From positions 1 through 19,421 of the forward strand of contig CAWKBC010000036.1 of assembly GCA_963847705.1 (NCBI GenBank): DNA of 19,421 bases, in the 5' to 3' direction. The notes under the pieces are model-generated. The model was not told where the DNA came from, made no database searches, and was given only the letters and a program-made list of their open reading frames with translations. Shown piece after piece: positions 1-8,718 of the stretch (positions are counted from its first letter, which is position 1; every line of letters begins with the position of its first letter). This DNA comes from an uncultured Pseudomonadota bacterium. GTDB taxonomy: Bacteria; Myxococcota_A; Polyangia; Fen-1088. The translations under genes and the position numbers were made by a program.

Positions 1-639
1 GCGAGCTGCGACGGCGGGCGATTCGCCGTCGCCGTGCAGGACGAGAAGAAGAAGGCGAAGCCCGTCAAGCCGCCCGCGCCGCCCAGGGCGATCGTCCACC
101 CGGCGGTGGCCAAGGTGGAGCCGGTGGCGCCGAAGGCGGCCAGCGCGCCGGTGGCGCACCTCGCGGCGGCGCCCGTGGCGATGAACCTGGCCATGTCGAA
201 CGCCGACCTCGACGTGGGACCCGGCATCGGCCTGCAGGGGCGCGCCAAGCCGGCCGCCGCGCCGGTCAAGGTCGCCTCGGCGATCTCCGAGCGGCGCACG
301 CAGCGGACCCGCGACGAGGCGGGCGGCGGCGCCGCCGACGCCCCCTGCGAGGAGGAGCCGACCAAACCGGAGGCGATCGTTTCGACCCCGACCATCGACT
401 ACACGCTCTACCCGCAAGCGCAGGCTGACGGCATCGAGGGAAAGTTCAAGGCCCGCCTGACCATCGATGCCGACGGACAGGTCGAAGCCGTCACGGTGCT
501 GTCCGGCGTCGATCCGGCGTTCGACGCCGCCATCGTCGCCGCGCTCAAACGCTGGCGCTTCAAGCCGGCGATGGCCTGCGGAAAGCCGCTGGCCGGCGCC
601 ACGCTGCCGTTCACCGCGCGTTTCGAGCTCGGCGACTAG
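1..639 (+). CDS. tonB: Energy transducer TonB family protein (5' end probably outside the window)
   Basis: Pro/Lys/Ala-rich linker (KKKAKPVKPPAPP) followed by a TonB C-terminal domain: YPxxAxADGIEGxxxARLTIDADGQV...DPAFDAAIVAALKRWRFKPA. No N-terminal TM anchor is present and the frame is open back to base 1, so the true start is likely upstream. Stop TAG at 637-639. Confidence 0.8.
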   Translation, partial: ASCDGGRFAVAVQDEKKKAKPVKPPAPPRAIVHPAVAKVEPVAPKAASAPVAHLAAAPVAMNLAMSNADLDVGPGIGLQGRAKPAAAPVKVASAISERRTQRTRDEAGGGAADAPCEEEPTKPEAIVSTPTIDYTLYPQAQADGIEGKFKARLTIDADGQVEAVTVLSGVDPAFDAAIVAALKRWRFKPAMACGKPLAGATLPFTARFELGD

Positions 640-642
640 CGG

Positions 643-3332
643 ATGAGACGCGCGCTTGCCCTGTCGGTCGCTCTGGCGGCCGCCCTCTGTGCGGTGGCGG
701 GCGGCGCGGCGCGCGCGGAGGACGAAGGGCCGCAGATCACCAAGCCTCCCAAGCTGGTGACGTTCGTGCCGGCGGTCTACCCCAAGGAGAAGCACGACGC
801 GCACCTCACCGGATCGGTGCTCCTGTCGATCGAAATCGGCGACGACGGCAAGGTCGGCGAGGTGGAGGTGATCAAGGGGGCCGCGCCCGACTTCGACGCC
901 GCCGCGGTGGCCGCCGCCAAGCAGTTCGTGTTCGAGCCAGCCGAGATCGATCACCAGCCGGCGCCGGTCAAGATCACCTACCGCTACGACTTCACCATCG
1001 TCGAGCAGATCGTCAAGGCCGGGCCGCAGATCAACTTCGACGGCGTGGTGCTCGAACGGCTCAGCAAGAAGCCCCTCCCGCGCGTCTCGGTCAAAATCAC
1101 CGACCTCGAAGGGGTGGCCGCGGTCACCGACCTGGACGGGCGGTTCGCCTTCACCGACGTCCCGGTCGGGACGCACAAGGTGCAGCTATCGCACCCCAAG
1201 CTGATCACCGTGATCACCGAGGAGACGATCGCGGTCGGTAAGCGCCGCACGGTCAAGTACCTCGTCGAGGAGAAGGACGACGACGACGAGGGGATCTCGA
1301 TCGTCGTGCGCGCGCCGCGCATCAAGAAGGAGGCGGTCGAGACGCGCATCCGCACCGAGGAGGCGCGGCGGGTCCCCGGCACCCAGGGGGACACGCTGAA
1401 GGTGGTGCAGAACCTCCCCGGTGTGGCCCGGTCGTCGTTCGGCTCGGGCGAGCTCATCGTCTGGGGCGCCGCGCCCAACGAGACCAAGGTCAACGTCGAC
1501 GGCGTGGAGATCCCGGCGCTCTACCACGTCGGTGGTTTCCGCTCGACCATCAACTCCGACCTGGTGCGCTCCATCAACCTGTCGCCCGGCGCCTACGGCG
1601 CTGACTACGGCCGCGGCCTGGGCGGTCTGGTCCGGATCGATCTGGGGCCGCTCCCCAACCAGGGGACGCACGGCTACGTCGCCGCCGACAATCTCGACGC
1701 CTCCGCGCTGCTCTCGACGGCGATCACCCCCCGTCTGCGGCTGGCGGTCGCGGGCCGGATCAGCTACCTCGACCGGCTGCTGCCGCTGGTCACCTCGGCG
1801 GACGTCGGCGACTTCGTCCCCATCCCCCGCTACGACGACTACCAGGCGCGCGCCACCCTCTCCCTGCGGCCCGACGAGGAGGTGGCGCTGACCTTTCTGG
1901 CCTCCGACGATCACCTGCGCCGCGCCATCCCCTCCGACGATCCGAGCGAGGTGCGCGCCCAGAACATCGACAGCGGATGGAAGCGGGTCATCTTCCGCTA
2001 CGCGCGCCTGCTCCCCGACGGCGCCTCGGTCGTCGTGACGCCCTCGTTCGGATTCGACAGCTCCAGCAATCAAGAACTGTTCGGGAGCACGCCGGTCGAC
2101 GTCAGGCAGAGCACCTACCAGTACGCGCTGCGCGCCGCCTACCGGCGCCGGGTCGGATTGTCGACGACGCTGGCGTTCGGCGTCGACATGCAGGCGCAGT
2201 CGTCGACGCTCGACCGCAACGGCTCGCTGACGCTGCCGGCCCGCGAAGGAGATCCCTTCGTCTTCGGCCAGCCACCCCGCAACGACATCGCCTCCGACCA
2301 CTGGAACGTCCTGGTCGTCGACACCGCCCCCTACGCCATCGCGGAGATCAACCTCGGGCGGCTGTCGCTGGTCCCGGGGCTGCGCTTCGAGCCGGTGCTG
2401 ATCGAAGGGACACCGGCGCTGCCGGCCGGTGGGGCGGCGCCGCCCAACGGCTACGCCAGCTTCTCGCTCCCCGAGAATCCCGTCGACGAGCTCCCCAACG
2501 ACCAGTTCACCCGAACGCTGAAGGCGCTGCGCTACCTGCCCAACCCACGCATCGCCGCCGCGTTCCGCGCCACCAAGAAGCTGACGCTCACCGCCGGCGC
2601 CGGCATCTACGGGCACCGCCCGATCCGCAGGACATGAGCCCGGTGTTCGGCAACCCGACCATCGGGGTCTCCCGGGCGGCGCACCTCTCGGCCGGCTTCA
2701 ACTACAAGCTGCGCCCGACGCTGACCCTGGAGGTCGTCGGGTTCTACAAGCGGATGTGGGATCTGGTGTCGCGCAACGACGTCCCGCCGCCGGTGGCCGA
2801 CCAGTTGACCCAGGACGAGATCGGGCGCGCCTACGGCGGTCAGGTCCTGCTGCGCCAGGAGCTGGTGCGCGGGTTCTTCGGCTGGATCACCTACTCATGG
2901 ACGCGCAGCGAGCGGCGCGATCACCCGGACACCGACTGGCGTCTGTTCGACTTCGATCAGACACAGGCGCTCGGGGTGGTGGCCAGCTACCAGCTGGGCC
3001 ACGGGTGGGACATCGGCACCCGCTTCCGCTACACCACCGGGTTTCCGCGCACGCCCGTGGTCAACGCGTACCAGGACTCCGTCACCGGGCAATACAACCC
3101 GATCTTCGGGTCGTACAACTCCATCCGAATTCCGGCCTTCTATCAGCTCGACGCGCGCATCGAGCGGTCGTTCGTCTACCGACGGGTGAAGCTGAACGTC
3201 TTCCTCGACGTCCAGAACATTACCGACCGGCAGAACCCGGAGGAGATCATCTACAACTACAACTTCCAGGTGCGATCCTACATCACCGGCTTCCCGACCC
3301 TGGCCGTGCTGGGCGCCCGGGTGGAGTTCTAA
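643..3332 (+). CDS. TonB-dependent outer-membrane receptor with N-terminal TonB_C domain and carboxypeptidase-regulatory-like domain (one frameshift near 2617)
   Basis: Signal peptide (MRRALALSVALAAALCAVAGGAARA), TonB_C-like domain (YPKEK..GSVLLSIEIGDDGKV..FDAAAVAAAKQFVFEPA), TDLDGRFAFTDVPVGTHKV domain, plug (PGTQGDTLKVVQNLPGV, SPGAYGADYGRGLGG). The barrel continues in the frame of ORF 1977..3332 after 'GIYGH' (PPDPQDMSPVFGNP..., RAYGGQVLLR, FYQLDARIE, FLDVQNITDRQN) and ends in the outer-membrane signature GARVEF. Confidence 0.88.
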
Positions 3333-4368
3333 TGAAGTCGCTCTCAAGACGCGGGGACCCTGGGAGGGTCCCCGCACCCTCCCGCGACGGACTCCGCCAG
3401 GCCAAGCCTGGCTCCGTCCACGCGTTGGCCGCGCTCCTCCTGCTGGCGACAGCCTCGGCGGGCTGCAAACCGGACCTCGGCGCGCCCCAGTCGCTGATCA
3501 TCGGCCCGACCATCCTCGCGATTCGAGGGACGCCGCCCGAGTCCGCCGAGGGGGGCATGGCCACCTACGACGCGTTGACGGTCGACGTCACCGGCACCGT
3601 CGCAGCGCCCGCGATCGACTGGGCGCTGTGCCTCGCGCCCAATCCTCCTGCCAACGGCAACGACGTGGCCGACGCCTGTCTGACGATCCCCGACGACACC
3701 ACGACGCCGGCCCCCACCTTCACCGCCACGCTGTCCAGCAACGCCTGCACGCTGTTCGGCCCCGATGCCCCACCGCCGATGAAGGGGCAGCCGCCCATGC
3801 GTCCCGCCGATCCCGACACCACGGGCGGCTTCTACCAACTGGTGCGCGCGACCTGGCAGAGCGACGCGGGCCCGCTGCTGGCGTTCGCGCTGCAGCGATC
3901 ACCTGCAGGCTCGCAAACGCCCCCACCGATATCGCTGCGACGTATGCCGCCAACTACGCCCGAACAAGAACCCGACGCTGGCGGATCTGGTGCTCGATCC
4001 GGCAGGAGCGGCGACGCCGCTCGACCTCACCGGTCAGACGAGCGGTCGACCAGCGGCGACGGTCGCGGCCGGAAAGAAGGTCACGCGGCAAGCCGACTTC
4101 AGCGCGGATTCGGCCGAGACGCTCCTGTTCTGGAACGTCTTGACGCTGAGCCTGGACAGGAGCGCGAGTCGCTGCGCCTCTCCTGGTTCGCGACCGGCGG
4201 CGCCTTCGAGCACGACGCGACCGGGCGCAGCCAGACGGAGATGAAGACGTTCACCCAAAACGTCTGGACCGCGCCGATGACGCCTGGTCCGGTCAACTTC
4301 TGGGTGTGCCGCGCGACGATCGCGGTGGCATCTACTTTGCCGCGGCTGAAATCGATGTCACGCCATGA
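3332..4368 (+). CDS. Putative Cys-rich lipoprotein associated with the TonB-dependent receptor (about 4 frameshifts near 3895, 3960, 4155, 4308)
   Basis: The ATG overlaps the receptor stop (TAATG). Lipobox LLLLATASAG-C. Joining frames gives ILAIRGTPPE...NACTLFGP...ITCRLANAP...NKNPTLADL...RESLRLSWFATGG...WTAP...RDDRGGIYF...IDVTP*, with TGA at 4366-4368. This resembles the lipoproteins typically found after such receptors in myxobacteria (recalled, not searched). Confidence 0.68.
3351..3418. repeat. Palindromic REP/RPE-like element, copy A (inside the lipoprotein 5' coding region)
   Basis: Perfect 11-bp IR gcggggaccct-ggg-agggtccccgc (3351-3375), an alternative 8-bp IR gggagggt/accctccc (3362-3383), and a bulged hairpin gacgga-ctcc-gccaggc-caa-gcctggc-tccgtc (3386-3418). 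Homologous to the reverse complement of 5214-5248. Confidence 0.7.
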
Positions 4369-4454
4369 ACGGGAGCTGGCAAAAGGGGTGAAGTTTTCGC
4401 AGGGTTTTCCCGGCTGTAACCGGTCCAACCGGCTTCCTCAACTGTGGCCGGCGA

Positions 4455-5257
4455 ATGACTGGGGAAACCAACGTCGATCGACGGATCTCGGTCGTCGAAG
4501 ACGAGCCTGATCTGCGTGAGCTGCTGACCTACAACCTGACCGCCGCGGGCTTCACGGTCCAGGCGACGGAGAACGGCACCGACGGTCTGGAGGCAGTGGC
4601 GCGGTTCGCGCCGACGTGGCGCTGTGGATTCGACGCTGCCGACATCCCGGGCACGGAGGTCTGCCGGCGGATCCGCGGCGATACCACCGCGCGCCAGCCG
4701 GCCGTGATGACGCTGACCGCGAAGGGCGAGGAGATTGACCGGGTGGTCGGCTTCGAGCTGGGCGCCGACGACTACGCGGTGAAGCCCTTCAGCGTTCCGT
4801 GCTGGTCCTGCGCGTGGGCGCGATCTGCGCGCGCGTCGCCCGCCGCCGGTCACCACCCAGGCCGCGCCGCAGCGCCGCCGCTACATCGTCGGCCGCCGAG
4901 CTGGACGTCGAACGCGACGACGCTTCGTCAACGGCCCGAGGTCGACGTCAGCACGCTGGAGATGCGCTGCCCGCCCACCTGGTGGAACACCGTGGCGCGT
5001 TCGCTCGCGCGAAGACCTTCTCGAGGACGTCTGGCGCTACAAGCCGGTGTTCGACCCGCACCATCGACACCTACGTCAAGCGGCTGCGCGACAAGCTGGG
5101 CGACGCGGGCGCGCTGGTGGAGACCGTGCGTGGAACCGGTGATCGTCTGTCAGCAGACGATCAGGTCGTCGACAAGGAGCTGACAAGGAATGACCTCTGC
5201 CGGCTCGACCTCTTCGCGGGAGGGTTGGGAACCCTCCCAGGGTTCCCATGTGGGTAG
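4455..5257 (+). CDS. phoB: OmpR/PhoB-family response regulator, probably PhoB/PhoP-like (multiple frameshifts; sequencing error or pseudogene)
   Basis: Receiver motifs VVEDEPDLRELLTYNL, GTEVCRRIR, LTAKGEEIDRVVGFELGADDYxVKPFS. Winged-helix motifs in other frames: SREDLLEDVWRY, TRTIDTYVKRLRDKLG, VETVRGTG. The phosphoacceptor region near 4612-4640 is disrupted by indels. It lies next to the pst genes. The 3' end is TAG 5255-5257 in the winged-helix frame, or possibly TGA 5181-5183. Confidence 0.72.
5214..5248. repeat. Palindromic REP/RPE-like element, copy B (inverted relative to copy A); may also act as a terminator between convergent genes
   Basis: Perfect 10-bp IR tgggaaccct-ccc-agggttccca (5226-5248) plus an alternative IR gggagggt/accctccc (5218-5238). 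The reverse complement tgggaaccctgggagggttccca-accctcccgcga aligns with 3352-3387. Confidence 0.65.
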
Positions 5258-5258
5258 A

Positions 5259-6060
5259 TTAGACTGCGAGGCGCGGGAAGCTGTAGTCGGCGCCGAAGGC
5301 CTTGGCCGCGTCCTCCCAGGGGGCTGGAACGTCGAGCCAGAGCGGAGCGCCGAGGAAGAGTCGCCGCCCGGTGCGAGAAGACCCGCACGCGCGCCAGCTC
5401 GGTCGACGAGCCGGCGTTGAAGACGCGCATCGGAGGGGCGGCCCAAACAGGCGCGCGCCGCGCGGCACGTGGGGGTGCCGTGCACACGAGATCGCAGCGA
5501 CCGCGGACCCGCCGGAGCAGGCCGCGCCCCCGCGAGAGCTCCGAGGTGAAGAAAAAACCCAGCCATGACGACAGGCGTCCGCCACGTGCTCGACTGGCAT
5601 CGGGACACGTGGTGGTGGAGCGTTATGACGACCAGGACGCCGGCCGGCGCCGCGTCCAGCGCGGCGTCGATAGCGTCCAATCGGCGTCGTCGAGACTGCC
5701 GTGACGATTGATCCAGGAACGTTGTGCGGCGCGGTCGAGTTGACGCGCACGACATAGAGGCCGGGCGCGTCGTCGTCTGCACGCGCGGGCCGCCCATCAG
5801 GTCGGCCGAGACGTCATTACCCAGGCAGTCATGATCGCCGGCGACGACGATCATGCGCCCTGCGCGATCAGCGGCGTGAAGGTCGACTCGAAGAGCGCCA
5901 GCTCGCGGCGTGATCCGCGGTGGTCAGATGCCGGTGGCGATCACCTGATCGATCCCCGACTCCAGCAGCGCGGCGCAGAGATGCGCGGCGTTGGCGTCGG
6001 TCTCGGCGCTTCGCCGAGGTGCAGGTCTGAAATGTGCGCGAATCGCGCGGCCTGTTTCAT
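5259..6060 (-). CDS. Calcineurin-like metallophosphoesterase (CpdA/Icc-like), heavily frameshifted
   Basis: Starts MKQAARFAHISDLHLG (motif I, DxH). Across shifting frames: GIDQVIATG(D)LT (motif II), IVVAGDHDC (motif III, GNHD read as GDHD), VVITLHHH (motif IV), VHG(H) (motif V), RVFNAGSST. It ends GAPLWLDVPAP...PRLAV*, with TAA at 5261-5259. Confidence 0.75.
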
Positions 6061-6072
6061 GCGACCAGGTTA

Positions 6073-6136
6073 GAAGCGGTCGGTGAACCCGCCGCTTCAA
6101 ACTCGTGCCGGCGGCGAAACATTGCCGGCACGAGTT
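6073..6136. terminator. Tandem stem-loops downstream of pstS (possible terminator or mRNA-stabilising structure)
   Basis: Perfect 13-bp IR aactcgtgccggc (6100-6112) / gccggcacgagtt (6124-6136), and a second IR gaagcgg (6073-6079) / ccgcttc (6092-6098), both in the pstS-phosphoesterase spacer. There is no long U tract. Confidence 0.45.
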
Positions 6137-6159
6137 CCGTCATTTGCCCCCTATCCGGG

Positions 6160-7001
6160 CTATTTGATGGGGAAATATCCACCTTGGTGACGATCCCCTG
6201 TCCTTCCGCCGACAGGACCCAGTCGGTGAAGGCCTTGATCTCGGCCGACGGGTTGGCCCACACGTAAAAGAAGAGCGGGCGCGAGAGCGGGTAGGTCCCG
6301 TTCTGATCGTGGCGTCCTCCGGGGCGATGGCCGGCGTTGCAGCGTCCTTCTTGACCTTGAGGACCTTGATCCCCCTGGCGTAGGCGGCGCCGCCGTAGCC
6401 GATCCCGAACTTCTCCTTCACCACCGCGTTCACCACTGCGGCCGTCCCCGGCATCGCCTGCGCGCGCGGCGTGTAGTCGGCGTTCTGCAGCACGTGCTCC
6501 TTGAAGAAGACGTAGGTCCCCGAGCTGTTCTCCCGCGAGTAGGGGATAATCTTGGCGTCCGCCCGCCAACCGCCTTCCAGTTGTCGATCTTGCCGGTGAA
6601 GATCTGCTTGAGCTGGTCCATCGTCAGCTCGGTCAGCGGGTTGGAGTCGTTGACGTAGACCGACAGCCCGTCCTTGGCCACGGTGATCTCGACCGGCGGC
6701 GCGCCGGCCTTGTCGGCCAGCTGCTTCTTCTCCGCGTCCTTCATGGCGCGCGACGCCTCGCAGACGTCCGTCGTTCCGTTGATGAGCGCGCTAATCCCCG
6801 TCCCCGACCCGCCGCCGGTGACCTGGATGGTCGTGGTGCCGTGCTTCTTCATGTACTCCTCGGCCCACCGCTGCCCGAGCACCACCATCGTGTCCGAGCC
6901 CTTCACGGTCACGGTCCCCGCCAGGGCAGGTTTCGCCCCCAGTGTGCCGGCCGCGAGAGTTGCCGCCGCCAGCACGATTTTTGCCCCGTTCTGATCTTCA
7001 T
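6160..7001 (-). CDS. pstS: Phosphate ABC transporter substrate-binding protein PstS (about 4 frameshifts)
   Basis: RBS AAGGAG before the ATG at 7001 and a signal peptide ending AKPALA. Motifs VKGSDTM, TGGGSGTGISALINGTTDVCEASR, VAKDGLSVYVN, YSRENSSGTY, GIGYGG, GTYPLSRPLFFY, then EGQGIVTKV(GYFPIK*) with TAG at 6162-6160. Shifts fall near 6990, 6560, 6303 and 6178. Confidence 0.92.
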
Positions 7002-7026
7002 TGTCTCTCTCCTTTTGACGTGTTGG

Positions 7027-8700
7027 TCAAAGTGCTACGGCGAGCCGAAACAGGAACTCCTGCTCCCACGGGCTCGTCAAGGCCTTGAGGGTGGCGTTGG
7101 CGTCGCTCTCCTGGCCGAAGTGATTGACGACGTAATTGAACGTCGCGCGGAAGCGCTTCGAGTGCCAGTAGTTGACCCCCAGCTCCCCCGAGTCGACGAT
7201 CGTCTTCCCGAGCGCGGGCGCGTCCGGCACGATGGTGGCGGCGTTCGGCTGGCTGGTGACGTTCTCGTCGAGATGCTCGTAGCGCGCCGCGACCATGAGG
7301 CCGTTCTGAATCGGCCGCACGCCGAACTTCTTGTAGCGCAGGAACGGCTCCAGCCCCTGCTGATCGCCGATGATGCGATCGTCGCCCAGCAACCAAATCC
7401 AGGCTTCGCCGTAGAAGGAATAGCCCTTGAGGTCGGCGGCCCGGATGATCGTCCCGGCGCCGCTGCTGGCGATGGTCTCTTCGGACAGCGGGCTGTGCCT
7501 CCAGACGAACTCGCCGCGCACGCCGTACCTGTGGTCGATCGGGGCGTTGATCTCGCCGGCCGCGGCGTTCATCCTCCCGACCTGCCGCATCTGCATCGCG
7601 GTGTTGGCGGTGCCGTTGTAGGTGCTGGTGAACTGGCCGAAGTCGAGGAAGGTGAACCCGGCCTGCGTCGTCTGCGAGGTCGGCGCCAGGGTGTTCTGGC
7701 GGTCGCCGGTCCAGAGCGAGCCGCCAATCTCCACGTCGTGCAGCGGCCCCAGGCCGGAGAAGGAGAACGGCGCCACCCAGGCCCGGCCCATCCAGTCGAA
7801 CTCCCGGTCGGCGTTCTTGAAGTTCTGTCCGTCGCCGTTCAGGACGGCCACCGAGTAGTAGTAGTTCCGCTCGTCGCTGAACCCGTGCAGCATCGCCCCC
7901 ATCTCCTTGTTGTCGGGGATGCCGAAGGCGCGCACGGTGATCGAACGCTCCATGAAGTCGAAATACTTGTCCGAGGTCCGGTTCTCCAGCGTGAACGGGC
8001 CGTCGAACTGACCAACCTGCAAGATCGCCAGGTTGTTCCAGGGCGCCAGCGCCACAAAATCGTCGGTGGTGGCGAGGTTCGCGGGGGCGACCGGCGCGGC
8101 CGGCGCGGGCGGCCCCAGCGCGAAGTCTCCCGCGAGCCAGAAGTAAACGAAGGATCCAACCCAGCCGCCCAGCTCGAGCCGCGCGCGCCGGAGCAGGAAG
8201 GTGTCGTTGGGAATCTTGGCTTTGTTCTTGTCGCCTGAGTAACGGAAGAGATAGGTGTCGACTTGCAGGCGACCGTTGGGGAAGAGGATGAAGTCGTTGT
8301 CGGGCGAGCGCAGAAAGGCGTTCCCGTCGCTGAATCCCGCCAGCGGCTCTCCGGAGACAAGCGGCACCATCGGTGCCACGACTGGCGTCGCCAGCGCCGC
8401 GACCGGGGGGGCAGCCTCGGGCGGCGGCGGAGAGGGAGCCGGTGCGGCCGGAACCGGCACGGAGGGACTGGGTGCGGCCGGAACCGGCTCCGATTCGGGC
8501 GGCAGTCCCGGGGGAGGCGCCGGCGGCGGAGCCGCACCGGGGGGCGGATTCGGCGGCTGATTCGAGATGTCGGTCGGCGGCAAGGTCGAGGTTTGCGCAT
8601 GCGCGACGAGCTGCGCAGACATGAGAAATGCAAACGCCGATGCAGAGACGACCCGCACGAGCGGGCGTGGTCGAGGCACGGTCGAGCTGGAAGCGGTCAT
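7027..8700 (-). CDS. Phosphate-selective porin, OprO/OprP family, with Pro-rich N-terminal linker
   Basis: Probable start MTASSST at 8700, signal peptide ending LVAHA-Q, Pro-rich stretch, then GRLQVD, FLLRRARLELGG, GQFxxPFTLENRTSD, FMERS, AARYEHLD, LGVNYW, and an alternating C-terminal beta-strand (EFLFRLAVAL). It lies directly upstream of pstS. Confidence 0.85.
   Translation of the reverse strand: MTASSSTVPRPRPLVRVVSASAFAFLMSAQLVAHAQTSTLPPTDISNQPPNPPPGAAPPPAPPPGLPPESEPVPAAPSPSVPVPAAPAPSPPPPEAAPPVAALATPVVAPMVPLVSGEPLAGFSDGNAFLRSPDNDFILFPNGRLQVDTYLFRYSGDKNKAKIPNDTFLLRRARLELGGWVGSFVYFWLAGDFALGPPAPAAPVAPANLATTDDFVALAPWNNLAILQVGQFDGPFTLENRTSDKYFDFMERSITVRAFGIPDNKEMGAMLHGFSDERNYYYSVAVLNGDGQNFKNADREFDWMGRAWVAPFSFSGLGPLHDVEIGGSLWTGDRQNTLAPTSQTTQAGFTFLDFGQFTSTYNGTANTAMQMRQVGRMNAAAGEINAPIDHRYGVRGEFVWRHSPLSEETIASSGAGTIIRAADLKGYSFYGEAWIWLLGDDRIIGDQQGLEPFLRYKKFGVRPIQNGLMVAARYEHLDENVTSQPNAATIVPDAPALGKTIVDSGELGVNYWHSKRFRATFNYVVNHFGQESDANATLKALTSPWEQEFLFRLAVAL
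8441..8488. repeat. Intragenic 18-bp direct repeat with 30-bp period, encoding PVPAAP twice in the porin linker
   Basis: ggtgcggccggaaccggc occurs at 8441-8458 and 8471-8488. Confidence 0.75.
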
Positions 8701-8718
8701 TGGCTCTTTCTGCCGGGC

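Noticed and set aside
2756-4510. 584-aa ORF as a single protein
   Set aside because: It is a chimera of an off-frame receptor segment and pieces of the frameshifted lipoprotein; the real start is ATG 3332.
6095-6112. Sigma-54-like site on the minus strand (cGGCACGagtTTGAA)
   Set aside because: The -24/-12 spacing is 1 nt short, the GC dinucleotide is absent, and the sequence is explained as a hairpin arm.
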